DNA from: Bacteroidales bacterium UBA1216
Lineage (GTDB): Bacteria; Bacteroidota; Bacteroidia; Bacteroidales; Paludibacteraceae
Direction: 5' to 3'
Length of the DNA stretch: 64,000 nucleotides
NCBI GenBank assembly: GCA_002309255.1
Contig: DBXI01000076.1
Coordinates: 30,946 to 94,945 of the forward strand
This document shows, in pieces, positions 61,953-64,000 of this stretch (positions within the stretch are counted from its first letter, which is position 1; each line of letters opens with the position of its first letter). The translations under genes and the position numbers were made by a program. Under the pieces are notes generated by a model. The model was not told the origin of the DNA, did no database searches, and saw only the letters and a program-made list of their open reading frames with translations.

Positions 61953-64000
61953 TTATTTGAGCAGTCGGTACAGGATCTCTATCGGGTGATGAGCCTTGTA
62001 GCCTGTACCGTCGCTGATTTGTGTGCGGCAGGATATACCGGGTGCGGCTATCAGAGTCAGTGCCTGTGCCCCATCTGTCACCGCTCGCTCGCTGCCGGCC
62101 ATAGCTTGTCGGATAGCAGGGAACAGAACCATCTCACCGATGGCGAGTGAGGTCTTGTAGTGTTCTCTTTCATAGCCAAAGGAGCCGGCCATGCCGCAGC
62201 ATCCAGAGGGGATGATGTGTACCATGGTGTTCTTAGGCAGGCCTAGCAAGGCGGCTGTCTGCTCAACGCCCACCAGCGCCTTCTGATGGCAATGACCATG
62301 TAACCAAATCTCGGCACGAAGATCGCTGAACTGCTCGGATGTGATATGTCCTGCGCGCACCTCACGCATCAAGAACTCATCGTACAACAAGCTATTCTGT
62401 GCCAGTTCAGAGGCTGCTGCATGCAGTTCAGACGGCACAAGGTCGTGGTACTCGTCGCGCAGCGTAAGGATGCACGACGGCTCAAGGCCTACCAGTGGCG
62501 TATCAGCCGTAACAAGATCCTTCAGTAAGTTCACGTTCGCCGTAGCATACTTGCGTGCCAGCCGCAGGAAGCCCTTGGAGATAGCCGCACGGCCGCTCTC
62601 CACGTGCTTGGGAATAACCACGGCATACCCCAAACGATCCAGCAGACGGATGAACGTATCTGCCAACTCCGGCTCTTGATACCGTGTGAACTCATCCAGG
62701 AAGAGATAGACGATGCGCTTGGATTGCCCGCTTCCGTTTAAGGAACAAGAACTGCTGCTGAAAGATGATATACACGGAATCTTTCGTTCGGGCGCGAAAC
62801 CCACGATTCGTTTGATAAGTGCTGATGTCAGGTGGTTGGATGCAAAGAAGTTGTACACGTGCGGCATATATGCGCCTATACGTTGCACATCAGCGTTGTG
62901 TGCTACCATCCATGTGCGGAGGGGTGTTCCCTCTCTATCGTAGAGCGCTTGTAGCACCTCGGCACGCAGACGAGTCATATCTACTCCTGACGGACATTCG
63001 CGCTTGCACGCCTTGCAGGCCAGGCAGGAGGATAGCACTTCCTTTAGATCATCATTGCTCACCTCCCCATGCTCCAGCCACTCACGCATGATATTAGCAC
63101 GTGCACGGGTGGTATGCAGCTCATCACGACTGACCTTGTATGCCGGACACATCGTGCCACCGATTACTGCCGACTTGCGGCAATCGCCTGAGCCGTTGCA
63201 TTGCTCTACGCTGCATAGTAGTGCATCATCCGAATGAGATCGATCTGCACGCAGCGAGGCATCCATGCGCGGTGTATCAACAATTTTGTGCGGATTGAAC
63301 AAATTATCGGCATCCCAGCAGTATTTGACCTGTCGCATCAATTCGTATGTTGCCTCGCCATATTGCAGCGGTATGAACTCACCGCGCAGCCTTCCGTCGC
63401 CGTGCTCACCGCTGATCGTACCGCGGTGCTTGCGTACAATCAAGGTGGTCTCGCGTGCTATGGTGCGGAAGAGCTGCTTCCCCTCTTCGGTCTTGAGGTT
63501 AAGTATAGGTCGCAGATGCAACTCACCGGTACTGATATGACCATAGAAGACGCAGGAGGTTCCCAAGCGCGTCAGCATCGCACGGAAGTCTTTCATGTAC
63601 GCCGGAAGCCGGTATGCAGCCACTGCCGTATCTTCAATCACTCCGGTGGGTTTAGCATCCCCTCTCATCCCGTTAAGTATCCCCAAGCCTGCCTTGCGCA
63701 AGTTCCAAACCTTGCTTACATCGTTACCATATACGCGTGTGCAATGTGTGATCAGGTCGCTGTCAAGCAGGTCTTTCTCCAACGCATCTGCCATCTTATC
63801 CAATGCACCGCGGTCATCGTGCCGCAGTTCGGTGATGAGCAGCGCGGCCGGATCACCGCTCACGAAGAAGCGCTCTACTGATACATTGCCCTTGCTGAGT
63901 TCAAGGATCTCTCCATCCATTAGCTCGATAGCCATAGGTCGGTGCTTCAGCGCGATGAGGTTAGCCTCAAACGCCGCATCCAAACTGAAGCAATGGGCGC
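61953..64000 (-). CDS. FAD-linked oxidase + 4Fe-4S + CCG-domain oxidoreductase (YdiJ-like, D-2-hydroxyacid dehydrogenase family); N-terminus outside the window
   Basis: FAD-oxidase C-domain (GTISGEHGDGRLR), ferredoxin-type Cys clusters (CNGSGDCRKS...CPAYK; CLACKACKRECPSG), and two CCG-like Cys motifs (PSCIL..., PSGCCGMAG). The frame stays open to the window end. Confidence 0.8.
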   Translation of the reverse strand, partial: AHCFSLDAAFEANLIALKHRPMAIELMDGEILELSKGNVSVERFFVSGDPAALLITELRHDDRGALDKMADALEKDLLDSDLITHCTRVYGNDVSKVWNLRKAGLGILNGMRGDAKPTGVIEDTAVAAYRLPAYMKDFRAMLTRLGTSCVFYGHISTGELHLRPILNLKTEEGKQLFRTIARETTLIVRKHRGTISGEHGDGRLRGEFIPLQYGEATYELMRQVKYCWDADNLFNPHKIVDTPRMDASLRADRSHSDDALLCSVEQCNGSGDCRKSAVIGGTMCPAYKVSRDELHTTRARANIMREWLEHGEVSNDDLKEVLSSCLACKACKRECPSGVDMTRLRAEVLQALYDREGTPLRTWMVAHNADVQRIGAYMPHVYNFFASNHLTSALIKRIVGFAPERKIPCISSFSSSSCSLNGSGQSKRIVYLFLDEFTRYQEPELADTFIRLLDRLGYAVVIPKHVESGRAAISKGFLRLARKYATANVNLLKDLVTADTPLVGLEPSCILTLRDEYHDLVPSELHAAASELAQNSLLYDEFLMREVRAGHITSEQFSDLRAEIWLHGHCHQKALVGVEQTAALLGLPKNTMVHIIPSGCCGMAGSFGYEREHYKTSLAIGEMVLFPAIRQAMAGSERAVTDGAQALTLIAAPGISCRTQISDGTGYKAHHPIEILYRLLK

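Noticed and set aside
63234-63881. 215-aa plus-strand ORF
   Set aside because: Antisense to the YdiJ-like oxidoreductase, whose FAD and Fe-S motifs are on the minus strand.

Overview
This window looks like a Bacteroidales chromosome segment, possibly Prevotellaceae-like. The taxon call rests on three things: TAnnTTTG -7 promoter boxes with TTTG at -33, no Shine-Dalgarno sequences, and proteins with T9SS C-terminal sorting domains. Nothing was searched against a database; every family call comes from reading motifs in the supplied translations.

The content is almost entirely housekeeping. It includes uppS-bamA-ompH-ompH, murF, panB, panC and pdxB, proS, rdgB, xerD, lolE-like, rbfA, rpmH, miaB and greA. 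It also includes the rod-shape cluster mreBCD-mrdA-rodA, then tcdA, tdk, priA, prmC and recO. An rsmH-ftsL-ftsI-murE-mraY-murD-ftsW division and cell-wall (dcw) block follows. That block lacks mraZ upstream and stops abruptly after ftsW. The few accessory-looking genes are a doubled PorZ-like propeller protein, a GH53 galactanase, a vWA/T9SS protein and an AraC regulator.

I found no CRISPR array, tRNA, rRNA, transposase or phage module.

The most unusual signal is non-coding. Spacers between genes are filled with short-period tandem arrays:
- Exact 11-bp-phased arrays with a conserved 7-bp TCGAGAC core occur at two loci in opposite orientation. An unrelated 11-bp array lies at 454-508.
- A large family of 7-bp GAAAGKT-type heptad arrays fills co-directional spacers from stop codon to start codon. 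Some also supply CDS termini or sit in frame inside CDSs.
- An exact 13-mer, TAAATGACTAAAT, recurs at three dcw gene junctions.

The most interesting coding feature is an AmgK-like sugar 1-kinase fused to a RapZ C-terminal-like domain. It sits next to a MurU-like nucleotidyltransferase, directly upstream of the dcw genes.
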